The notes under the pieces were generated by a model. The model was not told the DNA's origin. It was given only the letters and a program-made list of their open reading frames with translations, and did no database searches. 64,000 bases of DNA from the NCBI GenBank assembly GCA_965223705.1, contig OZ245015.1, positions 2,336,001 through 2,400,000 of the forward strand. Direction: 5' to 3'. Below are positions 49,989-59,128 of this stretch, piece after piece. Origin of the DNA: Myxococcota bacterium (GTDB lineage Bacteria > Myxococcota_A > UBA9160 > UBA6930). Position 1 is the first letter of the stretch, and each line of letters begins with the position of its first letter. The position numbers were made by a program, and so were the translations under genes.

Positions 49989-50876
49989 TCACTCCGCCTT
50001 CGGCTCGTCGATCGTGATCTCGAGGTCTTTGCGACGGTCGTAGACTTTCTTGAGCCGCCGCTGGCGTTCCATCTCGATGCGCAGCTCTTGAAGGACCGCC
50101 TCTTCGGAGATCTCTCGCTCGCGAACGGTCATCTGGAGGTCCGTACACGCGGCGACCATGTACGGCCCGCACGCCGGGCTCGCGCAGCAGTAGCCGGCGA
50201 ACGCCTCGAAGGTCTGGGGCGTCTCGGGCAACTTCGCGACGTTGATGGTCGAGATCATCTCGGGGTAGCGATCCTTCAGGGTTTTGAATTTCCGATTCGC
50301 GCCGGCGACGTCGCCTTCTCTCCACCGGATCAACATTTCGTTGAAGACGTGCGCGCTGAACGGCGCCCCTTTGCGCAGCCCGAGGTCATTCCAGTCGTAC
50401 GCTTGTTGGATCGCACCGCGGTAGATCAGGATCTCGGCGATGTTGGTGTACGCCACGCCGGAAGGATTCAGCTTGCGCGCGTTGTTGAAGCCTCGAAGGG
50501 CGGCGTCGAGATCGCCTCGATACGCATCGATGACGGCGAGATAGAAATGCGGTTGGCTGTTGCGCGGATCGAGCTCGACTGCCGCGACGAACTCTTCCGT
50601 CGCGCGCTCGAGGTAAGCGAGATATTCCGCTTCGTTGCGATCTCCATCGAGCGCTTCTCGCGCGCGCTTGTAGTACGTCTCTCCGAGGGCGATCCGTACG
50701 CCGGCAGAATCCGGACGGGCATCCCGGCGGCTCTCGAGTGTGGTCTCCGCCGCTTCGAGATCGCCCGCATCGACCTGACGCTTGGCCTCCTGAGTCGATC
50801 CCGCACAAGCCAGAACAATGAGCGCGGCGCAAGCGAGAAGAACCCGGGGCGTCAGGCGGCAACTAGCGAAGATCAT
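49989..50876 (-). CDS. TPR-repeat lipoprotein
   Basis: Lipobox VLAC; TPR-like helices; C-terminal CCxxxxCxxxxxxxC cluster. Confidence 0.7.
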   Translation of the reverse strand: MIFASCRLTPRVLLACAALIVLACAGSTQEAKRQVDAGDLEAAETTLESRRDARPDSAGVRIALGETYYKRAREALDGDRNEAEYLAYLERATEEFVAAVELDPRNSQPHFYLAVIDAYRGDLDAALRGFNNARKLNPSGVAYTNIAEILIYRGAIQQAYDWNDLGLRKGAPFSAHVFNEMLIRWREGDVAGANRKFKTLKDRYPEMISTINVAKLPETPQTFEAFAGYCCASPACGPYMVAACTDLQMTVREREISEEAVLQELRIEMERQRRLKKVYDRRKDLEITIDEPKAE

Positions 50877-50929
50877 CGATGAAAGGCCCTCCTAAACGCA
50901 CTCCCGTTCGTCCAGTCATGAGCCACCGC

Positions 50930-51772
50930 CTAGTCCACCGGGACAGCGCGCGCAGTGCCAATCGCCGCGAGGCGGTTGTCCTGGCCGGAATCGATGAGCT
51001 CGACCCGACATTGGACACCGGTCGGCGAGGCGTCGAGTACTTCAGCGTCCAGCCGGAACGGTCCGACGCGCGCCTGCGCGGTGTAGCTGAAATGCAGGTC
51101 GACGGTTCGCGCAGGAGCGCCCAGGTGCCGTTCTCCGGCGAGGGTCGCCACCCGCGCCAGGAGACTCCCCATGGCGCCACCCTGGATGGAGCCGAAGCTG
51201 TTGTAGATGCGCTCGTGATGATCGAGTTCGATCTCGGCTGCCTCGGTATCAAAGCGGAGCCCGAGGTATTCATCGAATGGGATACGGGGCTCCTCCTCCT
51301 CGCTGCGGTAGCGGGTCCACCCGAGCTCGTGGTCTGGGCTCGGGTTCTCCTCTCGTCGCGGCAACCGCGTGAAGGTCACCCAGGCGCCGCCGACAGGCCT
51401 GCCGTTCGCGTCGCTGAGTCGACTCTCGGAGAGCACGGTGTTGCGGCCGACTCGCAGCGGTCGGCAGGCACCCTGGACCGAACCCTCGCGGAGTCTACCG
51501 GGGAAAAGCAACTTGAAGTCCAAGGTCGCGACCCAATCCGGCGCCACCGCACGCGCGGCGAGACTGCCCGCCATGAGGTCGCACATCGGAGCGACAGCTC
51601 CGATCGACAGCGCATCGCCGGCGCCGAGAAGATCGGGTAGGACCGGCATCCGGGCGCGAACCGTGCCGTCTGCGCGCATCTCTTGCTCGATCCGCAAATA
51701 GCGGAGGATCGATCGCGGTCCCGGGTAGATCCGCGGTCGGTCGGTTCCAGAAGTCGAGGAATCGGCAGGCAA
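50930..51772 (-). CDS. Double hotdog-fold PaaI-type thioesterase
   Basis: Two hotdog repeats (ATLDFK...RVGRN; NSFGSIQGG...TVDLH); start (TTG) uncertain. Confidence 0.75.
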   Translation of the reverse strand: MPADSSTSGTDRPRIYPGPRSILRYLRIEQEMRADGTVRARMPVLPDLLGAGDALSIGAVAPMCDLMAGSLAARAVAPDWVATLDFKLLFPGRLREGSVQGACRPLRVGRNTVLSESRLSDANGRPVGGAWVTFTRLPRREENPSPDHELGWTRYRSEEEEPRIPFDEYLGLRFDTEAAEIELDHHERIYNSFGSIQGGAMGSLLARVATLAGERHLGAPARTVDLHFSYTAQARVGPFRLDAEVLDASPTGVQCRVELIDSGQDNRLAAIGTARAVPVD

Positions 51773-51777
51773 GGCGG

Positions 51778-52752
51778 TCAGGCGTAGAGCACCGCGCAAC
51801 GGACCTCGATGCTCCACCGCTCCGGAGCGTCCTCCGGTGTGTTGGGGTCGTCGAATGCGGTGTGGAAGCTGAACGTGCACGGCGACGCTGCATCGTCTCC
51901 CCGTTGTCCGGCGCTGCGTGCCAACACTCCGGCGGAATCCCACTGCTTGATCAGGAGGACTTCGTCGCGGGTCATCTCGGGATAGAAGTACCAGCCGTGG
52001 TTCGGTGCGTGCTTTGCGAAATAGTTCTCGCCGACGCGGTCCTGGTAGTGGATCTCGAACACGACGAGGTCCGCCGGCGCAACGGTCAGGCCGTCGCAGA
52101 GCGCGAGTGGATGAGTCGCGACGGGCTCCGGCGCAATGTTGCGCCAGACATTGATGATCGCGAAGCGGCCCTCGGGAGCGAGCGCCGCGGCCGCGGCCTC
52201 GGGATCGATCAGCGATTCGCCCGGCTCGAGCACGACGCGAAACGTGTCGTTGCCGCCGGGCGGCTTCGCGAGCTGTTGGATCCTTTCGGGCGCACTTCGC
52301 AATGTGTAGTCGCCGTGCACGACGTGGGCCGGACCTTGGACCTGCTGACCGCCGCGGATCTCCCGCGAGCTGCTCTTACCCGCTGCGGAACGGATGTTGT
52401 GGTCGAAAGCGAACACGTGTGAGGCTCCGGTGCGCTCGCTCACGAACTCGAGGCATTCGGGGTAGTAGTGGTCGACGACTTCTCGATGATCGAAGAAGTC
52501 GAGCTCCGGGCGTCCCGACCGGTGCGCCGCGAGTTCGAAGCCATGCGCTCCGAGTGTTCTTCGATTCGTCTCGCCGAGGCGGCGACCGTTGTGAACGGTC
52601 ATCGTGCGTTCTTCGAGGTCGACGCCTTCGGTTCCCGCGTCGCTTCCGGCCGAATCTCGCCGCGTCAGCACCCGGCCGTTGCGATAGAGCGAGGAGAGCA
52701 CAGAAGCCCGGAGGTAGTTGAAAGCGCCGCGCCGGTCGTCTCGCCCCGTCAT
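51778..52752 (-). CDS. CmcJ/NvfI-family oxidoreductase
   Basis: FDHNIR, VHGDYT, INVWR, PLALCD, FHTAF, SIEVR. Confidence 0.85.
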   Translation of the reverse strand: MTGRDDRRGAFNYLRASVLSSLYRNGRVLTRRDSAGSDAGTEGVDLEERTMTVHNGRRLGETNRRTLGAHGFELAAHRSGRPELDFFDHREVVDHYYPECLEFVSERTGASHVFAFDHNIRSAAGKSSSREIRGGQQVQGPAHVVHGDYTLRSAPERIQQLAKPPGGNDTFRVVLEPGESLIDPEAAAAALAPEGRFAIINVWRNIAPEPVATHPLALCDGLTVAPADLVVFEIHYQDRVGENYFAKHAPNHGWYFYPEMTRDEVLLIKQWDSAGVLARSAGQRGDDAASPCTFSFHTAFDDPNTPEDAPERWSIEVRCAVLYA

Positions 52753-52800
52753 CGGAATCGTCGCCCTTTCGCAGTTTGGCCAGGTCCGAGCATAGCCCCG

Positions 52801-54267
52801 CTAGGTGCCACAGAAAGTGCGCGTCACCCGCTCGTGGGGCTCCGGGGGATCGGCATAAGCGAGCTTGTCCCGAGGTACCTCAAACGGAGACGCCAGAGCC
52901 GCCAGAAGCTCCTCGAAAGGTCCGAGCCGACCCTGATCGACGGCCGCGCGGATGGCGCGCTCGACCTGGTGGTTGCGGGGAATCACCGCGGGATTCTCGC
53001 GACCCATGCGTCGTTTCGCTGTGGCGAGGTCGTTCGCCCCGCCGCTCATGCGCGCTTGCCAACGCCTCTTCCAAGCGCGGATCGTTTCGTTCTCGACGAG
53101 CGGTGGCGCATCGCCGTCAATCGCGTCGGTCGCTAGCCCGCGAAAAGTCGCCGTGAAATCGGCCTTCGCAGCGGCCATGGCGTCGAGCAGTTCCTGGGCG
53201 AGCTCGAGATCGCCTTCTCGGGCGTCGACGATCCCGATCTTCCGGAGCAGACCCGCTTCGTAGTGCGCGGCGAAGCGCCGCGGGAATTCGCCGAGCGCTT
53301 CTTCTGCCCACGCGATGGCGTCTTCTTCGGCCGGGGCGAGCCACGGAAGGAGGGTTTCCGCAAACCGGTACAAGTTCCAGTGGGCGATCGCCGGCTGATT
53401 ACCGTAGGCGTAGCGTCCCTGTTGGTCGATCGAGCTGAAGACCTTCTTCGGATCGTACTCGTCGAGAAACGCACAGGGTCCGTAGTCGATGGTTTCCCCG
53501 GAGATCGCCGTGTTGTCCGTGTTCATGACGCCGTGGATGAACCCGACGAGCATCCACTGCGCCACGAGCCGTGCCTGGCGCTCGATGAGATCGCGGAGGA
53601 GCTTTCGGTAGGGCTCGTCGCTCTCGGCCGGATCGATCCGCTCGATCACGTGATCGGCCAAGGTCCGCACGGCCTCTCGCTCGCCGCGGTGGTGGAAGTA
53701 CTGGAAGGTGCCGACACGGACGTGACTGCGGGCTACGCGGGTCAGGATCGCGCCGGGCTCGGGCTGCTCTCGCAGGATCGCTTCGCCGGTCGCCACCATC
53801 GCGAGGGAGCGGGTCGTGGGTATGCCCAACGCGGCCATCGCCTCGCTGAGCAGGTACTCCCGCATGACCGGGCCCAGGCCTGCGCGGCCGTCACCCTGTC
53901 TCGAAAACGGCGTCCGCCCCGCGCCTTTCAGCTGGACTTCCCGGACCTGCCCGCTTTGATCGACGACTTCGCCGAGGAGCACAGCACGCCCGTCACCGAG
54001 ACGTGGGACCCAGTGACCGAACTGATGCCCGCCATAGACCATGGCGAGCGGCGACGCGTCGTCCGGGACCCGGTTGCCACTCAGAATCTCGAGGCCTGCC
54101 TCGCTTCCGAGAAACGCGGGATCGAGGCCGAGCTCGCGGGCCAGCGCGGCGTTTACGTGCAGCAGAGCCGGCTTGGCAACCGGTGTCGGATCCACCCGCG
54201 CGTAGAACGCGTCGGGCAGGGTCGCGTACTCGCTGAGCAGGGTGAACCCCGAGGCGTGCTCACTCAT
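52801..54267 (-). CDS. selO: Protein adenylyltransferase SelO (YdiU)
   Basis: YGGHQFG, LGDGRA, LKGAGRTPFSR, GFIHGVMNTDN, IDYGP, C-terminal TFCGT. Confidence 0.95.
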   Translation of the reverse strand: MSEHASGFTLLSEYATLPDAFYARVDPTPVAKPALLHVNAALARELGLDPAFLGSEAGLEILSGNRVPDDASPLAMVYGGHQFGHWVPRLGDGRAVLLGEVVDQSGQVREVQLKGAGRTPFSRQGDGRAGLGPVMREYLLSEAMAALGIPTTRSLAMVATGEAILREQPEPGAILTRVARSHVRVGTFQYFHHRGEREAVRTLADHVIERIDPAESDEPYRKLLRDLIERQARLVAQWMLVGFIHGVMNTDNTAISGETIDYGPCAFLDEYDPKKVFSSIDQQGRYAYGNQPAIAHWNLYRFAETLLPWLAPAEEDAIAWAEEALGEFPRRFAAHYEAGLLRKIGIVDAREGDLELAQELLDAMAAAKADFTATFRGLATDAIDGDAPPLVENETIRAWKRRWQARMSGGANDLATAKRRMGRENPAVIPRNHQVERAIRAAVDQGRLGPFEELLAALASPFEVPRDKLAYADPPEPHERVTRTFCGT

Positions 54268-54285
54268 CCGCGCGCCCTGCGCGCC

Positions 54286-54579
54286 CTACCCGTCGAACTT
54301 GTCGAAGTACGAGAACTTCGGCGCGCCGGTCAGGAACTTGCCCAGGTTTTCGACGAGCCCGGTCTCGGTGCGCCACGCGAGGTATTTCTCCTGCTGATCT
54401 CTCGAATCCCAGATCTCGTAGAAGACGACGCGGCCCGGGACGTCTTGGTCGGTGTAGATATCGAACAGCTGGCATCCGTCATAGGCTCGGGTGTCCGGCG
54501 CGATGCCTTTGATGAACTCCAAGAACTCCGTGGTGCGGTTGGGATCGACCGGAAGGTCGATCGTCAGTGCGATGCTCAT
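54286..54579 (-). CDS. Antibiotic biosynthesis monooxygenase (ABM) family protein
   Basis: TRAYDGC, EIWDS, YLAWR; AGGAG RBS. Confidence 0.85.
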   Translation of the reverse strand: MSIALTIDLPVDPNRTTEFLEFIKGIAPDTRAYDGCQLFDIYTDQDVPGRVVFYEIWDSRDQQEKYLAWRTETGLVENLGKFLTGAPKFSYFDKFDG

Positions 54580-54612
54580 GTTCTCTCCTTTGCGCAGAGC
54601 TGCGATGGTATC

Positions 54613-55332
54613 TCAGGGTGACTTGAGGAGGATACGCCCGCAGCCGTCGCAGTGAACGACTTCGCCGCTCCCCTCGAGTGCGGTGAGCGCCATCTCGCGG
54701 ACGGTCAGACCACACCGCCCACAATTGCGACCCTTGAGTTCGCTGAGGACACGGCCGGCGAGACCCTTGTGTGTGCGGAGGCGCTCGTAGGGTTCTCGGA
54801 GCGGCTCCGGAACGGCTCGCACGAGACCGACCCGGCGGGTCTCGCGATCCGCGATTTCCCGATCGAGCGCATTTTCCCGCGCTTCGAGTCGGGCGGCGAG
54901 CTCTGCCCGCTCGCATTCGAGCGCTGCGATCTGCTCCTCGCAGGCACGGACGTCGCCCTTCCTTTCTTCCTCCGCCTCCATCAGCGCGAGCTGCTCCTCT
55001 TCGATGGAGCTTCGCCGCGCCTTCAGGCCTTGGACCTCTCCTTGGAGCCCCTCGAGCTCTTTCGCCACGGTGACCGCACCGGAATAGAGCTTCGCTTCCT
55101 CGGTTTCGATGCGTTGCGAAAGTCGATTCGTTTCGGCCTCTCGTTCGGCGATTTGTTCGCCGAGCGCCGCGCAACGGGCTCGCGCGGCCTCTGCGGCCCC
55201 TCGCTCGCCGGCCATCGTCTCGGTGCAGCGCGCGATCGCGCTTCGCTCGGGGAGGGTCCGTCTCTCCTCCTCGAGTTCTCGCACTTCGAGATCGAGACCT
55301 TGAAGCGCGAAGAGCGGGTGATCCGGAGCCAT
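54613..55332 (-). CDS. Coiled-coil protein with C-terminal C4 zinc ribbon (DUF164-like)
   Basis: LQxLD N-terminus, long heptad region, CGRC...CDGCGRIL. Confidence 0.85.
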   Translation of the reverse strand: MAPDHPLFALQGLDLEVRELEEERRTLPERSAIARCTETMAGERGAAEAARARCAALGEQIAEREAETNRLSQRIETEEAKLYSGAVTVAKELEGLQGEVQGLKARRSSIEEEQLALMEAEEERKGDVRACEEQIAALECERAELAARLEARENALDREIADRETRRVGLVRAVPEPLREPYERLRTHKGLAGRVLSELKGRNCGRCGLTVREMALTALEGSGEVVHCDGCGRILLKSP

Positions 55333-55369
55333 CGCGCCGGAGCCTATCAGGGGATGATACCCTGCGCCG

Positions 55370-55804
55370 ATGGCCGCCGTTCGCAAAGCCCGCCCCGACG
55401 ACCTCGAAGCTGTCATCGAACTGCTCAAGACTTTTCCCGACGATCCGGAGCTCAAGGACATCGACTGGAACGACGGCCGGCGCATCTACGCCGATCTCCT
55501 ATCGGGCGATCGCGGAGCCATCTTCGTCGCCGATGCCGACGGCGTCGTGGTCGGGATCGTGACCCTGGGCTTCTCCGTGGCGATGCGGTTCGGGGGCCCC
55601 TACGCAATGATCGAGGAGTTCTTGATTTCCGAGCAGGCGCGGGGGCAAGGCCTAGCGCGCCCCCTGCTCCGCGCGGCGCGCGAAGAAGCCGAAGCGCGCG
55701 GGTGCCGCGAGCTTCAGGTCAACGGCCCAAGCCCGGAGGGCACCCCGGTCTACTTGCGGAACGGCTTTCACGAGGCTGGAAGTCATCTCAAGATTTGGCT
55801 GTAG
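55370..55804 (+). CDS. GNAT acetyltransferase
   Basis: ARGQGLA acetyl-CoA motif, YLRNGF. Confidence 0.85.
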   Translation: MAAVRKARPDDLEAVIELLKTFPDDPELKDIDWNDGRRIYADLLSGDRGAIFVADADGVVVGIVTLGFSVAMRFGGPYAMIEEFLISEQARGQGLARPLLRAAREEAEARGCRELQVNGPSPEGTPVYLRNGFHEAGSHLKIWL

Positions 55805-55806
55805 TC

Positions 55807-56415
55807 GTGCGCGTGATTCACTACTTCGACTACAAGAGCCCCTACGCCTACATCGCTCAGGAAGACACCTTCGCCCTGGCCGCGCGACCCGGGATCGAGG
55901 TCGAGTGGCGACCCTACACACTGGATATTCCCCAGTATCTTGGGTCCGCTCGGGTGGGAGACGACGGCGCCGTCGTCGAAGAAAGCCGCAACGCGCACCA
56001 ATGGCGCCGCGTGAAGTACGCGTACATGGACTGCCGTCGCGAGGCGAATCGACGCGGCTTGACCGTGCTCGGACCCCGCAAGATCTTCGATTCAACGATC
56101 GCCCACGTGGGTTTCTTGTTCGCCAGGGACGCGGGGAATTTCGAGGACTACCACAACCGGGTGTATCGCTCGTTCTGGAAGCGCGAGCTCGACATCGAAG
56201 ATCCCGCTCTGATCGAGGAGACGCTGGCGGCTTGCGGGGTCCCGGCCGACGGATTTCGCGCGTACCTCGAGGGCGAGGGCCGTCGGGCCCTCGAGGCCGC
56301 GCAGCGCGAAGCCGAAGACGCTGGCGTTTTCGGCGTGCCGAGCTACCGCGTCGGTAGCGAGCTCTACTGGGGGCTCGAGCGATTGCCTCGGGTGCTCGAG
56401 CACGTGGGCAGCTAG
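55807..56415 (+). CDS. DsbA-like HCCA isomerase / kappa-class GST
   Basis: YFDYKSPYAY, GVFGVPS, YWGLERL; true start GTG at 55807 within the longer ORF. Confidence 0.88.
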   Translation: MRVIHYFDYKSPYAYIAQEDTFALAARPGIEVEWRPYTLDIPQYLGSARVGDDGAVVEESRNAHQWRRVKYAYMDCRREANRRGLTVLGPRKIFDSTIAHVGFLFARDAGNFEDYHNRVYRSFWKRELDIEDPALIEETLAACGVPADGFRAYLEGEGRRALEAAQREAEDAGVFGVPSYRVGSELYWGLERLPRVLEHVGS

Positions 56416-57023
56416 GTAGCGTTCCCGTCGTTGGCCAGTGCCTCGTGCACCTTGCCCACCATCTTGGCGGACGGTTTGAGGGTGAGATCCCCTTCCTCGT
56501 TCCAGCCCGATGGGATCCCTTCGTTCTTCTTGGCCACGTAGAGGGCCGCCTTGAACTTCCGCATCAGTTCATCGACGTTGCGCCCGACATTGAGAAAGTT
56601 CACTTCCGAGAACAGCAGCGTGCCCTCGGGGCTGATGATATAGGTCCCGCGCAGCGACAACCCCGCGTCTTCGAGGTAGATGCCGAACCTGCGCGCGAGA
56701 TCGCCGGTCTTGTCGGAACCCATCTTGAAGGCGACGTCGCGCAGCTCCTTCTCCACCGTGTGCCATGCAAGGTGCGTGAAGTGCGTGTCGCAACTGACGG
56801 TGATGAGCTCGGCGCCCATCTTTTCGAACCGGTCTTGCAGCCCTGCCAGGGCCGCGAATTCGGTCGCTCAGACGAACGTGAAATCCGCCGGATAGAAAAA
56901 CAGGATGGTCCATTTACCGGCAGCTTTGAGCTCGGAGAGTCCGATCGAACCGAACTCTCCGGTCTTGGGCTCGTAGGTATTCAGCGTGAAGTCTTCGACT
57001 TCCGATCCCACTTGAACGGTCAA
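56412..57023 (-). CDS. ahpC: AhpC-type peroxiredoxin, putative selenoprotein; in-frame TGA at 56868-56870
   Basis: AGGAG RBS + TTG start; FFYPADFTFV-TGA-ATE...SCDTHFTHLAW...RGTYII...GRNVDE; two ORF-track pieces lie in one frame. Confidence 0.9.
56837..56855 (-). other. Candidate bacterial SECIS hairpin
   Basis: GCGGCCC-UGGCA-GGGCUGC begins after a 12-nt spacer from the UGA; extra ACCG/CGGU lower pairing. Confidence 0.7.
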
Positions 57024-57081
57024 GGCGTACTCCTTTTGAGTGAAACGGTCGCCGAAGTTAGCGGCTACAATGCGAAGCACC

Positions 57082-59037
57082 ATGACTGAGTCCGTTCCGA
57101 CCGGGGGCTTCCGACCGGATCGGCAGGAGCGCCTCCGCAACTGGACCGAAGAGCGTTTCGCCGAGGCTTACCAGTGCGACCGGTTCACGGCCACGGTGCT
57201 GGGCAATCGCCTCCGCTACGCCGTCTCGCACATGGGAACGGGGCTCATGGTGGGCTCTTTCTCCCCGATCATCAGCGATTGGTACGACTTCGCCATCACG
57301 ATCTCAGGGCCCCCGGACATGGATTATCCCATGCCGGCGGTCAACAGCAGCCTGCTGGTATTCCTGGGGACGATGGAAGATGCGGTTCGCAACATCGTCG
57401 GCGAATACGGGCCGGAGAACTTGAAGCCCGGCGACGTGTTGATTTGCAATGACCCGTACCGCAACGGGCGCCACGTCAACGACGTGTGTTTCATCCGTCC
57501 GGTGTTTCACGAGGGCCAGCTGGCGGCATTCGTGAACGTATGCGCGCACCAGCTCGACATGGGCGGCATCGTGCCGGGTGGTTTCAGCGGAACCAAAGCG
57601 AACGTGTTCGAGAACGGCTTGGTCCTTTGCCCCATGCTCCTTTTCGAAAACGATGCGCTTGTCACCCCGACGATGAGTTTGATCTTCGACAACACCCGTT
57701 TCGGCGGCCTGCTCCACGCGGATTTCCTGACGATGTTTCGCCAGCTCAAGCTCGGCGAACGCCTCGTCGAGGGCAACATCGATCGGTACGGAATCGAAGC
57801 GTTTCGCGGGACGGTGCGTTACTGCTGCGACGCTTCGGCCGAGTTGCTTCGCGACGCCATGGAGGAGTTGCCCGACGGCACCTATCACGGGGAGGAGCGG
57901 CTCGATGCCGATGGCGCCGGCGACGATGAAGAGATCGTCGTCCGAGCGAAAATCACGAAAGCGAACGGTCGAGTGGAGGTCGATCTCAGCGGTTCCTCTC
58001 GGCAAGCGCGCACGTGTATCAATGCCGGGCCGCTCGATGCCAAGACGGCCGTAGGGGCCGCGTTCAAGATCCTCTTCGACCGGACGTCCCCTTTCACTTC
58101 GGGGATCTTCCGGCATGTCGACGTGGTCGTTCCGCCTGGCACGATCCTGTCCGCGATGCCCCCGGACGGCGCGATCATGCTCTACTGGGAAGTCACCCAG
58201 ACGCTCCTGTCGGCCATCGTCGAAGCGCTGGGCGCGACGCTCGGCGACCGCGCGGTGGGCGGCGAGTACGGGGCGATGGGTGCGCACAACGCACACGGCA
58301 CCCGCGCGGACGGCACGCCCTGGTCGAACATCGGCAATTGCGGAGGCGAACACGGGCCCTGGGGCGCGGATCGCGACCACGACGGGGACAGCTACTGCCT
58401 GACCTCGCTGGTGAACGCCATCGATCCGCCGACCGAGACCATGGAGCAGGAATCGCCGGTCCTCTTGATGCGAAAAGAATTTGTCATCGATACCGCCGGC
58501 CCCGGCGAAAACCGCGGCGGAGCGGCGGTCGCCAAGGACAGCCTCTGGCGCGAGCCGGCGGAGCATTACAGCATGCCGCTCCGCTTGAAGCGGCCGACGG
58601 GCTTTGGAGCGCAACGTGGCGAGGCCGGACGCACCGGCGCGGTCTGGCTGTTTCCGCCGGAAAGCGTCCCCGACTCGGGGCTCGTCCCGCTCGCGCCCGC
58701 GGCGTATCGCGCCTCGACGCCTGTGGCGGGCGTGCTCCACCCCGATACCAAGGAGCCCGACCCGAACGGCCGCTACTTCTATTTCGCTCGCGAAGCGGTG
58801 TGGCGCTCGGAACCCGGCGCCTACGCGCGCTACGTCACGAACGGAGGCGGCGGGTTCGGTTCGCCCCGTGATCGGGATCCGGAGCGCGTTCTCGCCGACG
58901 TCCGCAACGGTTACGTAAGCCCCAACCACGCTCGCGAAGCCTACGGAGTCGTGATCCACGGCGACCCGTCGTCGGACCCCGAGGGCCTCCGGATCGACGA
59001 AGCCGCAACGCGAGCGCTTCGTCAGCGGGGTTCCTGA
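57082..59037 (+). CDS. Hydantoinase B/oxoprolinase-family protein (no adjacent A subunit)
   Basis: FSPII, NDPYRNGRHVND, AHQLDMGG, GGGGFGSP. Confidence 0.9.
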   Translation: MTESVPTGGFRPDRQERLRNWTEERFAEAYQCDRFTATVLGNRLRYAVSHMGTGLMVGSFSPIISDWYDFAITISGPPDMDYPMPAVNSSLLVFLGTMEDAVRNIVGEYGPENLKPGDVLICNDPYRNGRHVNDVCFIRPVFHEGQLAAFVNVCAHQLDMGGIVPGGFSGTKANVFENGLVLCPMLLFENDALVTPTMSLIFDNTRFGGLLHADFLTMFRQLKLGERLVEGNIDRYGIEAFRGTVRYCCDASAELLRDAMEELPDGTYHGEERLDADGAGDDEEIVVRAKITKANGRVEVDLSGSSRQARTCINAGPLDAKTAVGAAFKILFDRTSPFTSGIFRHVDVVVPPGTILSAMPPDGAIMLYWEVTQTLLSAIVEALGATLGDRAVGGEYGAMGAHNAHGTRADGTPWSNIGNCGGEHGPWGADRDHDGDSYCLTSLVNAIDPPTETMEQESPVLLMRKEFVIDTAGPGENRGGAAVAKDSLWREPAEHYSMPLRLKRPTGFGAQRGEAGRTGAVWLFPPESVPDSGLVPLAPAAYRASTPVAGVLHPDTKEPDPNGRYFYFAREAVWRSEPGAYARYVTNGGGGFGSPRDRDPERVLADVRNGYVSPNHAREAYGVVIHGDPSSDPEGLRIDEAATRALRQRGS

Positions 59038-59128
59038 ATCCGGCGCCTCCTTTTCTGACGATGGGTGTCGCGATGGACGTTGGACAAACGACGGACCTGC
59101 GAGATCAGACGCACAGAAAGGAGCGCTC

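Noticed and set aside
52801..54267. SelO as a third selenoprotein
   Set aside because: Ends TFCGT-TAG with Cys and has no in-frame TGA
54652..55806. Long N-terminal extension of the DsbA-like gene
   Set aside because: Overlaps the zinc-ribbon and GNAT genes; the real domain starts at 55807
56412..57023. Peroxiredoxin as a nonsense pseudogene
   Set aside because: The only lesion is a TGA at the catalytic Cys, followed by a hairpin; Sec recoding is the simpler explanation
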